Assembly (NCBI RefSeq): GCF_000143415.4 | Contig: NW_003314299.1 | Location: forward strand, 420,229-484,228 | Source: Selaginella moellendorffii | Lineage: Eukaryota > Plantae > Lycopodiophyta | Direction: 5' to 3' | Length of the DNA: 64,000 nt | In this document: positions 37,219 to 49,064 of the stretch, in pieces | Position numbering within the stretch: the stretch's first letter is position 1 | How the letters are laid out: each line of letters opens with the position of its first letter | Program-made: the position numbers and the translations under genes | Notes under the pieces: generated by a model | What the model was told of the DNA's origin: nothing | Seen by the model: only the letters and a program-made list of their open reading frames with translations | Databases searched by the model: none

Positions 37219-37956
37219 GTATATTTGACAAAATGATATGTTAAAGTTTAGTATTGTGGAGTTCACTATTGTATGTCAGACAGGATCAAGAGACACGACG
37301 ATTTTTCGATAAAATGCCATACCAACAGCTAGTTTCTTGGAACACCATGCTTGATGCTTATGCCCAAAACGGGTATATGGTAGAAGCAAGGGTCATGTTC
37401 AATGCAATGGTGGAGAAGGACGTAATTTCTTGGACTAGAATGCTTGCTGCCTATGGCCTTAGTGGCCAGAGTTCACTTGCAAGAAAAACTTTTGCCCAGA
37501 TGCCAGGGAAGAATGAAGTTTCTTGGGATGCAATGCTCAGTGCATGTACCCAAGCAGGGGATTCGGTTTCTGTGTTTAAGTTGTTTCACACTATGCAGAT
37601 GGCCCGGCATTTACAACCAAGTTGGATTTGTCTCCGCTCTCAATGCTCACGGCCAAGTTGGCAGTGTTAAATGTGCTAGAAGTTGCTTTGTTTCGATGGC
37701 TTTTGACTGTGGCATTCAGCCATGTCACCAGCATTACTCCTGCATAATCGATGGCTTGGCAAGAGCTGGTTACATTGACAATGCAAGAGAACTCATCGGA
37801 AACATGCCATTTGTTCCCACTTCTTTGGATTGGCTGTGCCTTTTAGCTGCATGTCGGAGCCTCGAGTGTGGAACCTGCGTATCAAAATGTGTGTCTGGAA
37901 TTGTGAGCAGCAGAGCTATGTATCCTCTCCTGGCAAATGTATGGGCTTGGCATTGA
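37219..37956 (+). pseudogene. PPR-B 3' fragment copy, frameshifted
   Basis: ORFs 37254 and 37444 are joined by a 1-nt insertion near 37604. Confidence 0.85.
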
Positions 37957-38639
37957 TAGAATCTAAGGAAGAAATAAACTGCTGCCTGGATTATGTTGTC
38001 AAATTGCTCGAGAATTTGAGACTAGAAGTACCAATTGCGTTTCATGCTTAATAATGACAAAATGGGAAAAATACAAATCATTTGTCTATATAACACCCAT
38101 CATTCCCAGGATGTGAGCGTGGACCTCCTGGACCAAATCACCAGAGGCTCTGAGAGATCGTGAGCAACTTCAATCAGACAGATACCTTGCAATACCTAGC
38201 GATTGAGGTGTGTGGAAAGTGCAGCAGGCGAAAATTGTGTTTGATGATCCGCCTGAGGGAATGTGTTTGATTCTATGCGAATGTTCTCAAAACTCTTCAT
38301 GGAAAACTAGAAAACGATCAATGTTTAATGCCTGAGGGCGATACTTGCTGCCATGATAGGTACTAACAAAGCAAATATTCCATTGCCCCACGATGCTCAA
38401 ACGTCGGAGCGATGGAGATGGAACGCGATGCCTTCGTCATGGCAGCGTGGGGCTGCCTTCTTTGCAATCGATACTCCAGCTGACTCGATCCAACGCCTTA
38501 GAATCCTCCAAATCATGCGGTGCTTCGGTATCCGGCCTAGTGTCGCTGCACCAAACGACGATTAAGTCAATGCAAATGCTACATCCATATCACCCATGTT
38601 TTGTATACACTTCCTTACAGATTGGGCTTCACAGGAATC

Positions 38640-40395
38640 TTAGACAAGCACGCTTGATTCCTCTGGCAACAGCACGCAACGTAGCTCCGACCTCTCAAAC
38701 TCCTTGAAGGATCGGTCACCAGTGATGTAGAACACAAAGGCGGGAGGGGACTTGTCAAGGATGTATGTCACTGCTCCAAGAGGGAGGCAGAGCATGGAGA
38801 CGTGTACCGCAGCGAGTGCTGCCACTAGCCAAGCGAAAAGAAAGCCATAGCTTGGGTAAAGCGTCCAGGCCTTCCCGAGTACTGGGAGCGCCATGGCGAA
38901 GACCGAGTCGGAGATACCTTCCCTGCCAAAGAAACAGAAGAATATTAGAGAGCTTTGATTGATCAAAACTGTCACACCTGTAATCGAATGTCTGGAGATA
39001 TGGATCTACAACCGCTGAAACGCCTCCCGTGGAGCATCGAAACCAACTAAAGCCATTCTCCACGACACGGAAAGCATCGGCCTCTTTCGTCCAGGGACCA
39101 GTTGGTCCCCAAGTCGCGGCTGGTTGGAGCATGATATCAATCCTAAACACATTCACCAGAAACTTAGAGAAGACCATCATAACTGCGCTCTACCTCTTTT
39201 TCCCGGCCTGGCGCATCAGGTCTGGAAACTCGAAATCGTAACAAATAGCTCCTCCAATCCGGCCGAGCTCGGTCTTGATGACAGGAAGAATGGGATCCCC
39301 TGGAGTTCCATACCACTCCACGAATGGAACCAAGTGGGCTTTCCTGTAGCTAAATCCAATGGAGCCATCGGGAAGAACGAGGTCGAAATAGTTCCCGACT
39401 CTTCCAGTGCTCGCGTCCTTGTACTCGTAAGTGATGCCAACGTAGGCGCCGTGCTGGAAAGCGATCTGTCCGGCTTTGAATTGGAGAGAATCCCTCTCCT
39501 GTTTGAGGTCGAGTTTCACCGCAGCCTCGGACCAGAGCACCAATCGATCGCCGGCTCGGAGGCGCTGGCTCGTCCTGTTGAGCATCACATCCATGTCCTC
39601 GTAGAAGAGGAGCTTGCCCAGGACGCAAGAGTCCGGCACTGTTTTCTTCATCGTGAGGGCGATGTCCTTCTGGAAGAAATTCCCCGAGAAAATGGAGACC
39701 CTGGCGCTTCCGTAGAACAAGATCGAGAGAGCAATGGCTCCAAACACCAGGGAGTGGCCGCGATGCAGCTGCATAGCACGCTTCTTGTCGGATTTCTCCA
39801 TCTTGGAAAGATTCTCGTTGAGAACGGCCCTGTCGTGGAGAATCGCCGAGAACCACGCCATGAGGAATGCGATCCCATCGATCCCCCACACTCCGGCGCT
39901 CATCACCAGCGGCAAGATTGTAACCTGGGAAACGGCGGGATGGAGGAAGGAGCCGACGCCGCCGAATCGATTCCACAACAACCACGCCGTGCTCCAGATC
40001 GACGCGAATACCAGCGGCTGGGACGTTCTTGCTCGATCAAAACGCTTCCTGTAGCCGATGCTTGCAAGAAATGGGAGGAGAAGAAACATCCACAGCACCA
40101 GTGCCCAGATTATTCCCACAATTGGCACGCTGCTGGCCTTGGAGTTGTCCGGGCTCACCTTTCCCGGGAAGAATGCCAAGAATGCCAGGCTCGCGGCGGT
40201 GGTCTGGAGGAGGAGCGCCAGGAGGATTGTGAGCGCCGCGGAGCGCCATGAGCAAGAATTGTGCGTAATCCCTGATTTGTGGAAGAAATGCAGGAGGAAA
40301 AATGGTTGGAGCCAAGAACAAATTGCAACAGATTGGAAACCAGAGAAGAAAGTGCACGCCACCGAGAGAATGGCCAACACTGCCACCTTCTTCAT
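38640..40395 (-). CDS. Apolipoprotein N-acyltransferase (Lnt)-like membrane carbon-nitrogen hydrolase; three exons (40395-39194, 39142-38978, 38922-38640), 549 aa
   Basis: About six N-terminal hydrophobic helices, then LVLWSEAA (Glu), YRKAHLVPFVE (Lys), GAICYDFEFP (Cys), FRVVENG...STGGVSAVVDP, TLYPSYG and a C-terminal TM. Removing GT-AG introns of 51 and 55 nt gives a 1650-nt open frame. Confidence 0.85.
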
Positions 40396-41626
40396 GTCTC
40401 TTGGTGCTTGTTTGAATGTAGGTGGTAATTTATATTCTTATTATATTCATAAAAAATTAAAATATTTATAAGGTGAAACGAAAATACTATAAATATTTAG
40501 GGAATATACCTTAATCTAGCCGTTTAAATTTTTTCACTCAAATCAGTGTTTAATACTATATCTTAAATAGAACAACCGTCTAAAGTTAACTAAAATCTCT
40601 CAAAGGAAAACAAATTGTACTATTTGACTTTTTTGTAATACAAGACTCCTATCCACTTGCCTATATTTACATCTTCTTTTCCACTTGTATTTTTTGGATT
40701 ACAAAATGTTAAAACCATAAAATAATTATATTTGTTTAAGCTGCCACTTAGAGGTCATTAATGTTTGATATAGCCATAGAGATAACTCACTATCATTTAA
40801 AGAACTTTTTTTGATTCTTGGACTACAAATCTTTGAATTTTTGTTTTGTTCCCATTAAATTGCAAAAGTTATTGGAAGCAATCTAAAAAAATATGATATT
40901 CAAACAGGGTATTATTCCTAGAATAATCTAACCACACTAGTTGCATAATTGTTTTAACTTATTTGTAGATTGTAAGTAATAAAAAAATGATTTACATAAA
41001 ATTTAAAATATATAAAAAAAGAATCAATTATACTCTATTTTTTAATCAGTTAAGAATTTTGGGATATTTGGGATTAAATATTCTCATGTTTGAATAATAA
41101 TGGGTTAGATAACTTCCTAGAAATTTAAACTATATTGGTTGGTTAGGAGAATCATATTATATGTTTAATTAACATCTAGTAAAAGAGTGGCATTCTCAGG
41201 AGAGTGCTATTTAAAAAAATAATTAAATATAAAAGGAAAAAGTTTATAAATAAAAATGCACATCTTTTTCCAATTAGTTAAAGATTTCGAGATATTATAG
41301 TGAAATATAGAAAGAAAGAGCATATGAATAAAACATAATTGATTAAGGGTATTAGGATATTGAGTGTTAGGATAACCACCTTTACCACTAACTTTGATAT
41401 TTTAAAATATTCTACCATTTAATAATTAAATTTGTTTTGTATTTAAACACTATTTTGGTATATTCTGGTTTATTCTACGATTGATCAATTAGGTTAATAA
41501 ATAATACTAAACAGTGTTACAAACTAATTATTCTTCTCATATAAAGTTTTTATTATTATCATTAAATATTCTTTAATCTAGGCACGTTCTTACAACAATC
41601 TTGAGTCCAATATTTTGGGTTGGACT

Positions 41627-43417
41627 ATGAAGAGGAACTCTAACATTCATTTTATTCAATCCTGCAAAAGCCTTTATGAAGCAAGAGAGATTTACTTGAA
41701 TCTTCAAAGGAATCATCCACTTGCTGATGATTCCTTCCTCAGCAACAAGCTCATTGAGATGTTTGGCAAATATGGAAGCCCACAAGAGGCACGCCAAATC
41801 TTTGATACCATCAAACACAAAGATTCCTTTTCGTGGGCTTTCATGTTTCAAGCTTATGCCCAAAACTCCCATCTTAAACATGCAAAAGAGATCTTCGACA
41901 AAATGCCGCAAAAGGATGTCTTTGCATGGACATCCATGCTCTTGGCATATGCCCGAACTGGGCATGTTCTCAATGCCCAAAAAACATTTGATGAGATGCC
42001 GCAACACAGCCTTCTCTCATGGAACGCAATCCTGTGAGTCCACGCACATGGCTGGGATCTAAAAAATGCCCAGAGGATTATCTCCGGGATGCCCGAGTAT
42101 GATCTCGTGTCTTGGAATTCCATTCCTGCGGCATATGCCTGGAACGGGCATGTAGAGGGATCGAAACGTGTTTTCTATTCAATGGAGGCTCGTGACCTTG
42201 TGTCATGGACGACAATCTTGGTTGCCTTGTCGCAGGGCGGAGATTTGCACGGAGCAAAGCTTTTGTTTGATGTAATGCCGCAGCACGATCTCGTCGCCTG
42301 GACCGCGATGCTTAGCGCGTACGCACTGAACGAGGATGTCGATTCGGCACAAAGGATTTTCCGCGAGATGCCTGAGATAGATCTCGTTTCGTGCAACACC
42401 GTGATGCGATGCTGCCGTGATGCTAGACAATCAAATCTTATATTTGACTCCATGCCGCAGAGAGCTCTCTCGTCGTGGACAACAATGCTCGCTGTTCTTG
42501 CCAAGAACAGCCCCGGGGAGGAAACCAAGAGCTTTTTCTATCAAATGCCGGAGCTTGATCTTACTTCCTGTACGATAATGCTGCTCTCACAACCCTCAGA
42601 CTTGGAGCCTGTGAAGGCCACCTTTGATCAAAAGCCGCAGCGAGACCTGTGCTCTTGGAACTCTGTTCTGTCGGTGTATGCCCAATCAGGGCATTGTGAC
42701 TTTGCTCTTAGACTCTTTAACAAGATGCCCGAAATGGATATGGTTTCGTGGAACACAATGTTAAATGCGTTTGTTCTAACTAGCAAACTACGTGAAGCTG
42801 CTTTACTCTTTCATAGCATGCTAGAACGCAACCTTGTGACCTGGGATGCTTTGATATCTGCATTTTCCCGAGAAGGCCATATTGTATACGCAAGGAAACT
42901 TTTTGATACAGCCCCTGACAGAGACCAAATCTTGTGGAGCTCCATGATAGCTTCATATGCACAAGTAAGCACCACTGCCAGCAAGGCCTTTCATCTCTTC
43001 AACGAAATGCAGGCCGTCGATTCCCCAAACACATCGTGCTTCGCATCCATCCTGGCCGCAAACAGCCACAAAGGCAGCTTTCAAGCGGGAAAGAGCTTCT
43101 TCGCTTCCATGGTTGTGGATCACGCCATTGAGCCCACAAGGCAGCACTACAGTTGCATGGTAGATCTCTTGAGCCGAGCCGGCCACCTTCACGACGCCAA
43201 AGATCTAATCTTAAGCATGCCGTTCGTTCCCAGTGCTCTCGAGTGGACGTGCCTTCTCGGAGCATGCAAGAGCCACGAGGATTATAACAGTCTTAGACTG
43301 GGAGACGATGTAGTGAGATCTGTAATGAACGTAACCGACGCAACTCCCAAGACACCCTATGCTTTACTAGCAAACGTCTACACAAGCTCCCAAACAAAAA
43401 ATCCACACTATATGTAA
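41627..43417 (+). pseudogene. PPR-A copy 4, full length with one in-frame nonsense codon (TCA to TGA at 42035)
   Basis: ORFs 41615-42037 and 42089-43417 are in the same frame and match copy 1. Confidence 0.85.
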
Positions 43418-43457
43418 AATCTAAGGACTTACTCTCTCCTGTACACATGAAGTCATT

Positions 43458-43667
43458 TTAATCACCTCCGCCACCGCCACCTCCTCCGCCACAGCCCCCA
43501 CCGCCACAGCCTCCGCCACCACCACAGCCTCCTCCACCGTGGCCTCCACCGTGGTCACCACCAGAGCCTCCACTGTGGTGGTGGCCACCGCTAAACATTG
43601 CTCCCACGAAATCGGATCGCCTTCTTGGCTTTCGCCTTTTTGGAGATGGAAAGAAACTGAAACACAT
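43458..43667 (-). CDS. Peptide A copy 4 (69 aa)
   Basis: Intact MCFSFFPSPKRRKPRRRS...GGGGD. Confidence 0.7.
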   Translation of the reverse strand: MCFSFFPSPKRRKPRRRSDFVGAMFSGGHHHSGGSGGDHGGGHGGGGCGGGGGCGGGGCGGGGGGGGGD

Positions 43668-44034
43668 TTTGGATTGATTGCTTGCAAGGGGGCATAATCT
43701 TCTGCTTGTATACAAGGCTAGAAGGCAATGTGAGACTTTGACTCAGAGGAAGCCACGAAGAAAGCAATGATAGCGCGTGGACCTGGAGAAGTTTATGCAA
43801 TCAGTGCCACGTCGTGACACTTCATCAGAGTGTTCAAGAAACGCAAGACGTAACACTACAAACGTGCATTTGTCTATCCAATCTTTGAAGAATACGTGCA
43901 TAAAATCTCGTCAAATTGCGCGTGAAGGAAGTTGCTTTGCTTGCTCCATATGGGGCCAATCAGATGTTCTCCTGCCTACTATATAAGCGCAAGCCTCCTC
44001 GCATCAATCATACCTTTATCTTGCGCAATCCAAG

Positions 44035-44223
44035 ATGTGTTTCGGTTTCTCTCAATCCTCTAACAGGCGAAAGCAGAGGCGAAGGCGCCCGTCTGCAGCA
44101 ACGGGCGCCTTCGTGAGTGGTGGCGGAGCTTGTGCTGGCACTGGCGGCGGAGGCTGTGGTGGCGGTGGCGGCGGTGGTGGTGGTGGTGGCTGCGGAGGAG
44201 GCGGCGGCGGCGGAGGCTGCTAA
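44035..44223 (+). CDS. Peptide B copy 4 (62 aa)
   Basis: Intact MCFGFSQSSNRRKQRRRR...GGGGC. Confidence 0.7.
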   Translation: MCFGFSQSSNRRKQRRRRPSAATGAFVSGGGACAGTGGGGCGGGGGGGGGGGCGGGGGGGGC

Positions 44224-45351
44224 ATACTCTGTATGAGAAATAGATATGAATGTTTGTAAATATGCATAATCTCAAACTTCCTCAAATAATACGTACAATT
44301 TGTTTGTTTTTTTTACAGTCAAGGATTGAGCTGGCCACGATCTTAGCACTGTTTTGGAACTAGTAAGTAGAATCTCGTAGAATCTATTCAGCAATTCTAT
44401 GTACTTCAGGTACTATAGTGATTCATGTAAAATCCAAAAAAAAGGGAAACATCTACAATACAACGTTTTGAGCGCTCTTCTCTTGTCTTCTCTCGAGTAA
44501 AAGCTTTGATTCTTCTAGCTCTCTCTTGCCTCCTGTTTTCTTACGATTCGCGTCGGGTTCTCCTTTGACGGGCGCCCTCGCCTTCCTTCTCAATCTCGTT
44601 GCCACCCGCGTCGTCCTCCGCCTTGTCCTTGGAATCGTCCGGGTTGGAGATGTCTTCCTTCTTGGACTTCTCTACAGTCACCTGAACCATGAGAATCCAA
44701 AACTAGCGCAACTCTATTGCTAATTGTACCTTCGTCTTGTTGGGGGGCGATTTCTTGCCACCAAAAAGAATCTTAAACAGCGTGACCACCAAGATGAGCG
44801 GGATCAAAGCTATGGCGCTCAAAGAAATGGTTGGGAACTTCTCGGCCTTCTCCAGAAGATCCTGTGTGTCACAAACGAAAAGAAAGTAAGAATACGAGAC
44901 AAAGTCCATGCTCATGTGTTTTACTTACAAGAATCTTTTCCTTCTGTGACGCCAAAGTCGGGATGTCGGCAACCTTGCGCAGGTACTCAAACATCTTTGC
45001 CTGAAAAGATTCAAGGTCGTCACACACACACACAAGAAAGAAAACAAAAGACAGACAAAAGAAGACAAAGGAAAAGTACCTGGATGCCGTCAGGATTCGG
45101 AGTCGCTTCTTCAATTTTTTGCTTCTCCCTCTCAGCCTCGTACTTGGGCTTCCATTTCGTCTCCCTGTACTCTGCTGCCACAGCCTCGTCGGTCGCCACC
45201 AGGATGTTGTCAAAAAGAATGCCGTCCTGCATCGTCCAGATCTCGATCCCTATCGCCGAGATCGGCTCTAGATCCGGCCTGTCCAACTCGAAGTACTCCG
45301 GGTTCGGTATTTGCTTCGGAGCCCAGATCCCCTTGTAAGCCGGGTTGTCGA

Positions 45352-46818
45352 TCACTTCGGAGGATACCACTTCCCCTTGTAGTCCGGGTTCCTCTTCATG
45401 GGCCTCTTCCATTCTCCACACCCAGACGCTTCCTCACACTTTGGGTTGCTGATCTTCGGGGGCTCCCACTCGCCATCCTCTTCGTCGTCCCAGTTCGCGG
45501 GCTTGCTAGCTTCCGGATCGTCAACCTCGTCCGGCTCGTTGTCGTTTCCTAGCACACAAGCCTCACAAAATTCAAGCTTGCCTGTAAACTCGAATTCTTG
45601 TGCATGTGCTTGATCTCTGGACACTGCTTTGAGGGCGTCTTCATGCACATGGCCTAGACGCTCATGCCACAACTGGAGATTACTCGCTCGAGTTGAGAGC
45701 GCTCGATCTGGCTGCTTATCTGGAACAACCATGGTGGCGTCAAGTTTATAAAGTCCAGAATAGCGTTGTCCATAAGCCACTGCTTGATCTGTCTTCTCGT
45801 CTCGCATAATAGCCTGCTTGGCATTAAAAATAAAATAGAAACCGTTGTCAGAAGCTGCACCGATTGAGAAAAGATGATACGCCAAGCCTGGAACAAAATA
45901 CATGTTCCTGATATCTCGTAGCTCTCCTGAGGCCAGCTTTACTTGAACTGTGCCCACTGCTACAACTGAAAGAAGACTCTTGTCTCCTAAACCAACCTGC
46001 CTGCCTGTAGAAATTTTCCTGAGGTTCAGAAAAGCTTCTTGCCTGCCTGTCATGTGCATATTTGCTGCTGTGTCCAGCCAGATCACGTCTTGATCCTGCT
46101 GCTGAACAAACACAGGTTCTGGAATAGCTCTTACCATAAGAGCTCTTGACTGGTTTGTATAGCCAGTCCTGGCGTTCTTTCTCCCCAAACCTCGAGGACG
46201 CCCTGCTAACCTGTCTCGGCATTCTCTGGCGTAGTGTCCAACCCGCTTACAATAATTGCACTCACCTTTACGCTCGCGTGAGTTGCTGTCTCCAACATTG
46301 CTAGCCCTGAAACTGCTCGCAGTGTTGCTCGCACCAGCCTTGAAACTGCTAGCGCTGCCTCCTTTACCTGGAGAATTCTTTGTTTGCTTTGAGTTGACAA
46401 ACAAAGCTGTGGTTGTGGTTGTATCTGCGGGTGTCTGGTCTTCGGCTGGTTCTTCTTCATTGATAAGAGCTGCTTGCATTTCAATGAAGGTTTTCGTTGA
46501 GTTCTTGAGCATAGTCTTCAATGATTTGAATTCTGGGCGAACCAAAGCATTGAGAAGAACTGCTCGCTTATCATTCTCGGTGACTGCTTCACCTAGACTT
46601 GACAGTTGGGAGAGCACCGACTTCAGCCTTCCTAGAAAAGCTGCTGGAGTCTCGTCCGCTGCCATTTTTAAGCCAAAAAGTTTAGACTTTAACTCAACCT
46701 TTGAAATCTCTGCGCTCGCTTGGTTCCCAAATACGTTCTTCAAGGCTGTCCAGTTCTCTTCTGCGGTCTTCGTGATATCCAGGTGGTGGTGGTGCAATTT
46801 GCCCAGGCCAATCCCCAT
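45352..46818 (-). CDS. Chimeric ORF: Copia Gag, protease and integrase N-terminus fused in frame to about 60 aa of calnexin P-domain
   Basis: 488-aa ORF ...CEACVLGN|[26 protein letters not shown].... The frame stays open upstream to about 46995, but the likely native ATG is out of frame. Confidence 0.55.
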   Translation of the reverse strand: MGIGLGKLHHHHLDITKTAEENWTALKNVFGNQASAEISKVELKSKLFGLKMAADETPAAFLGRLKSVLSQLSSLGEAVTENDKRAVLLNALVRPEFKSLKTMLKNSTKTFIEMQAALINEEEPAEDQTPADTTTTTALFVNSKQTKNSPGKGGSASSFKAGASNTASSFRASNVGDSNSRERKGECNYCKRVGHYARECRDRLAGRPRGLGRKNARTGYTNQSRALMVRAIPEPVFVQQQDQDVIWLDTAANMHMTGRQEAFLNLRKISTGRQVGLGDKSLLSVVAVGTVQVKLASGELRDIRNMYFVPGLAYHLFSIGAASDNGFYFIFNAKQAIMRDEKTDQAVAYGQRYSGLYKLDATMVVPDKQPDRALSTRASNLQLWHERLGHVHEDALKAVSRDQAHAQEFEFTGKLEFCEACVLGNDNEPDEVDDPEASKPANWDDEEDGEWEPPKISNPKCEEASGCGEWKRPMKRNPDYKGKWYPPK

Positions 46819-47318
46819 GGTGGAGACTGCCTTATCGTTTCTGACCTGCCATTCGTCTTCATCGCTTGCCGCTGACTTCGGCTCTGTTCCTTGGACAATT
46901 CTGAGACAGTTGTCCCGGAGAAAGAGGAACGAAATTTCTTTCGCCCAATTCTCAAAATCTGTGCCCGTGAATAGAGGGATCGGTATTAGTTGTGGTCATT
47001 TCTTCTACAATTTCCAGCACGCTCCACTTTTCTACAGCACGGATTTTTCCCTTCCTCTTCTTCTGCTGCAGTCGAGCAGTCACGCGATCTAGAGTCGCGT
47101 AGCCTTGCTGCTCGTTGCGTGGTCTTGTTTTGCCCATGAGATCATCGTTTGCTCCGATACCATGATAGTTTTCTAGTTAAACGACATACTCTGTTTCCCC
47201 TAACCTACTACCTTTTCATTTTCTCCATGTAAATATATACAAGTCTTGTGTCCGCTCATTTCAGCGTCCACATAAATCTCTTGCCACCTTGGATTAGACT
47301 CCAGGCTGGCTATCTACA
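45544..47318 (-). mobile_element. 3'-truncated Ty1/Copia element: 156-bp 5' LTR, tRNA-iMet PBS, gag, protease and start of integrase
   Basis: LTR TGTAGATA...AACTATCA (47318-47163), PBS TGGTATCGGAGC (47162-47151), zinc knuckle [14 protein letters not shown], protease [10 protein letters not shown], and LWHERLGH...CEACVLG (pre-integrase and integrase zinc finger). Confidence 0.95.
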
Positions 47319-48310
47319 CAGCCAGTCATCGGGCTTGACCGCCTCCGCGTCCTCGATCTCCAGTGGAGCGTCCTCGTCCCAATTCTCGGGCTTGGTCGCT
47401 TCCGGATCGGGGATCTTCGCCCGATCGTCCCAGTCCTGGGGCTTCTTGTCGTCGGGATCGGAGATGGTCTTGGGCGGATCACGGCCGGCTCAAAGTCGCT
47501 CGAGAGGAGGTCGACGCTCTTCTCCTCCTTGCCGTCGACGAGGATCTTGAGCGTGTTGTTCGGGTAGATCACTGCCGTGTAGACGTGAGAGAGCTTGTCA
47601 GCCACTGGCGGTACTTGAGGTGATGCTTGATGTGCTTGTCGGATTTGGGGCCCTTGTGCTTGTAGATGAATTGCACCTTGTTGGTGTTTCCACATTTGTC
47701 TGGCCCAAACATGATTGAGTAGGGGGATTCATTACTGAAATTGCCGGGCGTCCATTGCAAGAGAAGGAACTTGAGATAGGCGATGCCACACTCTAATCCC
47801 TTCTGGAATTATAAAGATTAGGTTTAAACCTTAGTCAAACACAGAATAAGGGAGTTAAATTATGCTTTAAGTTAGTCATCCATGTTTAGCTTACCCAATA
47901 TCTTTATTATATTTTTGGAATTCATCAAAAACTAAAAAACTCAAAAGTAGTTTTATGGTGAAAAACCTTAAGAGAATATTAGATTTTGTATTTTCACATC
48001 AGATTATAACATTGGTATTGGAGCCTAATTTAATTCTCATGGCTGACAAATATGGAAGGAAAACCAAGGTTATGGTGACTAGAGGATAACTTAAATATGA
48101 TTGTAGATGATCATTCCTAAAGGATTGTTAAGCACCAAATTAAGGTAATAGAATAGAAAAAAGGCTTGTAATCAAAACCCTCCTTTGTAAAAAAAATGCA
48201 TCCTTTAGGATTTTACTTTAGTCCCAAAAATTAATTTTTAAAACAATCACAAAAACTTACTAAATATAAAATGACACTAGATTGCAAATTTAGATGCAAG
48301 AATAACAAAG

Positions 48311-49064
48311 TGTATATTTGACAAAATGATATGTTAAAGTTTAGTACTGTGGAGTCCACTATTGTATGTCTACACAGGATCAAGAGATATGGACTTTGAC
48401 ACGACGATTTTTCGATAAAATGCCATACCAACAGCTAGTTTCTTGGAACACCATGCTTGATGCTTATGCCCAAAACGGGTATATGGTAGAAGCAAGGGTC
48501 ATGTTCAATGCAATGGTGGAGAAGGACGTAATTTCTTGGACTAGAATGCTTGCTGCCTATGGCCTTAGTGGCCAGAGTTCACTTGCAAGAAAAACTTTTG
48601 CCCAGATGCCAGGGAAGAATGAAGTTTCTTGGGATGCAATGCTCAGTGCATGTACCCAAGCAGAGGATTCGGTTTCTGTGTTTAAGATGTTTCACACTAT
48701 GCAGATGGCCGGCATTTACAACCAAGTTGGATTTGTCTCCGCCCTCAATGCTCACGGCCAAGTTGGCAGTGTTAAATGTGCTAGAAGTTGCTTTGTTTCG
48801 ATGGCTTTTGACTGTGGCATTCAGCCATGTCACCAGCATTACTCCAGCATAATCGATGGCTTGGCAAGAGCTGGTTACATTGACAATGCAAGAGAACTCA
48901 TCGGAAACATGACATTTGTTCCCACTTCTTTGAATTGGCTGTGCCTTTTAGCTGCATGTCAGAGCCTCGAGTGTGGAACCTGCATATCAAAATGGGTGTC
49001 TGGACTTGCGAGCAGCAGAGCTATGTATCCTCTCCTGGCAAATGTATGGGCTTGGCATTGTTAG
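48311..49064 (+). pseudogene. PPR-B 3' fragment copy (open 232-aa frame, 5'-truncated)
   Basis: ORF 48366-49064 has PPR and E motifs and starts at the same breakpoint as the other truncated copies. Confidence 0.8.

Larger units (their letters stand above)
30826..40395. repeat. One complete unit (about 9.57 kb) of the tandem segmental duplication; other copies at about 5290-11295, 21480-30825 and 40396-64000 (the last with insertions)
   Basis: The same gene order (PPR-A, peptide A, peptide B, calnexin, PPR-B, Lnt-like) and the same intergenic sequences recur. Confidence 0.95.
44541..47810 (-). pseudogene. CNX: Calnexin homologue copy 4, interrupted by a Copia insertion
   Basis: Calnexin sequence stops at 45543 and resumes at 47319. 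Confidence 0.9.

Noticed and set aside
39124-40251. 375-aa plus-strand ORF (and 29791-30699)
   Set aside because: Antisense shadow of the GC-rich Lnt-like exon, with no recognisable motifs.
38640-40395. Bacterial contamination as the source of the Lnt-like gene
   Set aside because: It has spliceosomal introns, is tandemly duplicated with plant PPR and calnexin genes, and one copy is interrupted by a plant LTR element.
42035-42037. Stop codon in PPR-A copy 4 as an RNA-editing or readthrough site
   Set aside because: It is a C-to-G change in a nuclear gene and is not correctable by plant organellar C/U editing. A simple nonsense mutation or sequence error is more likely.
46256-47092. 278-aa plus-strand ORF
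   Set aside because: Antisense to Copia gag.
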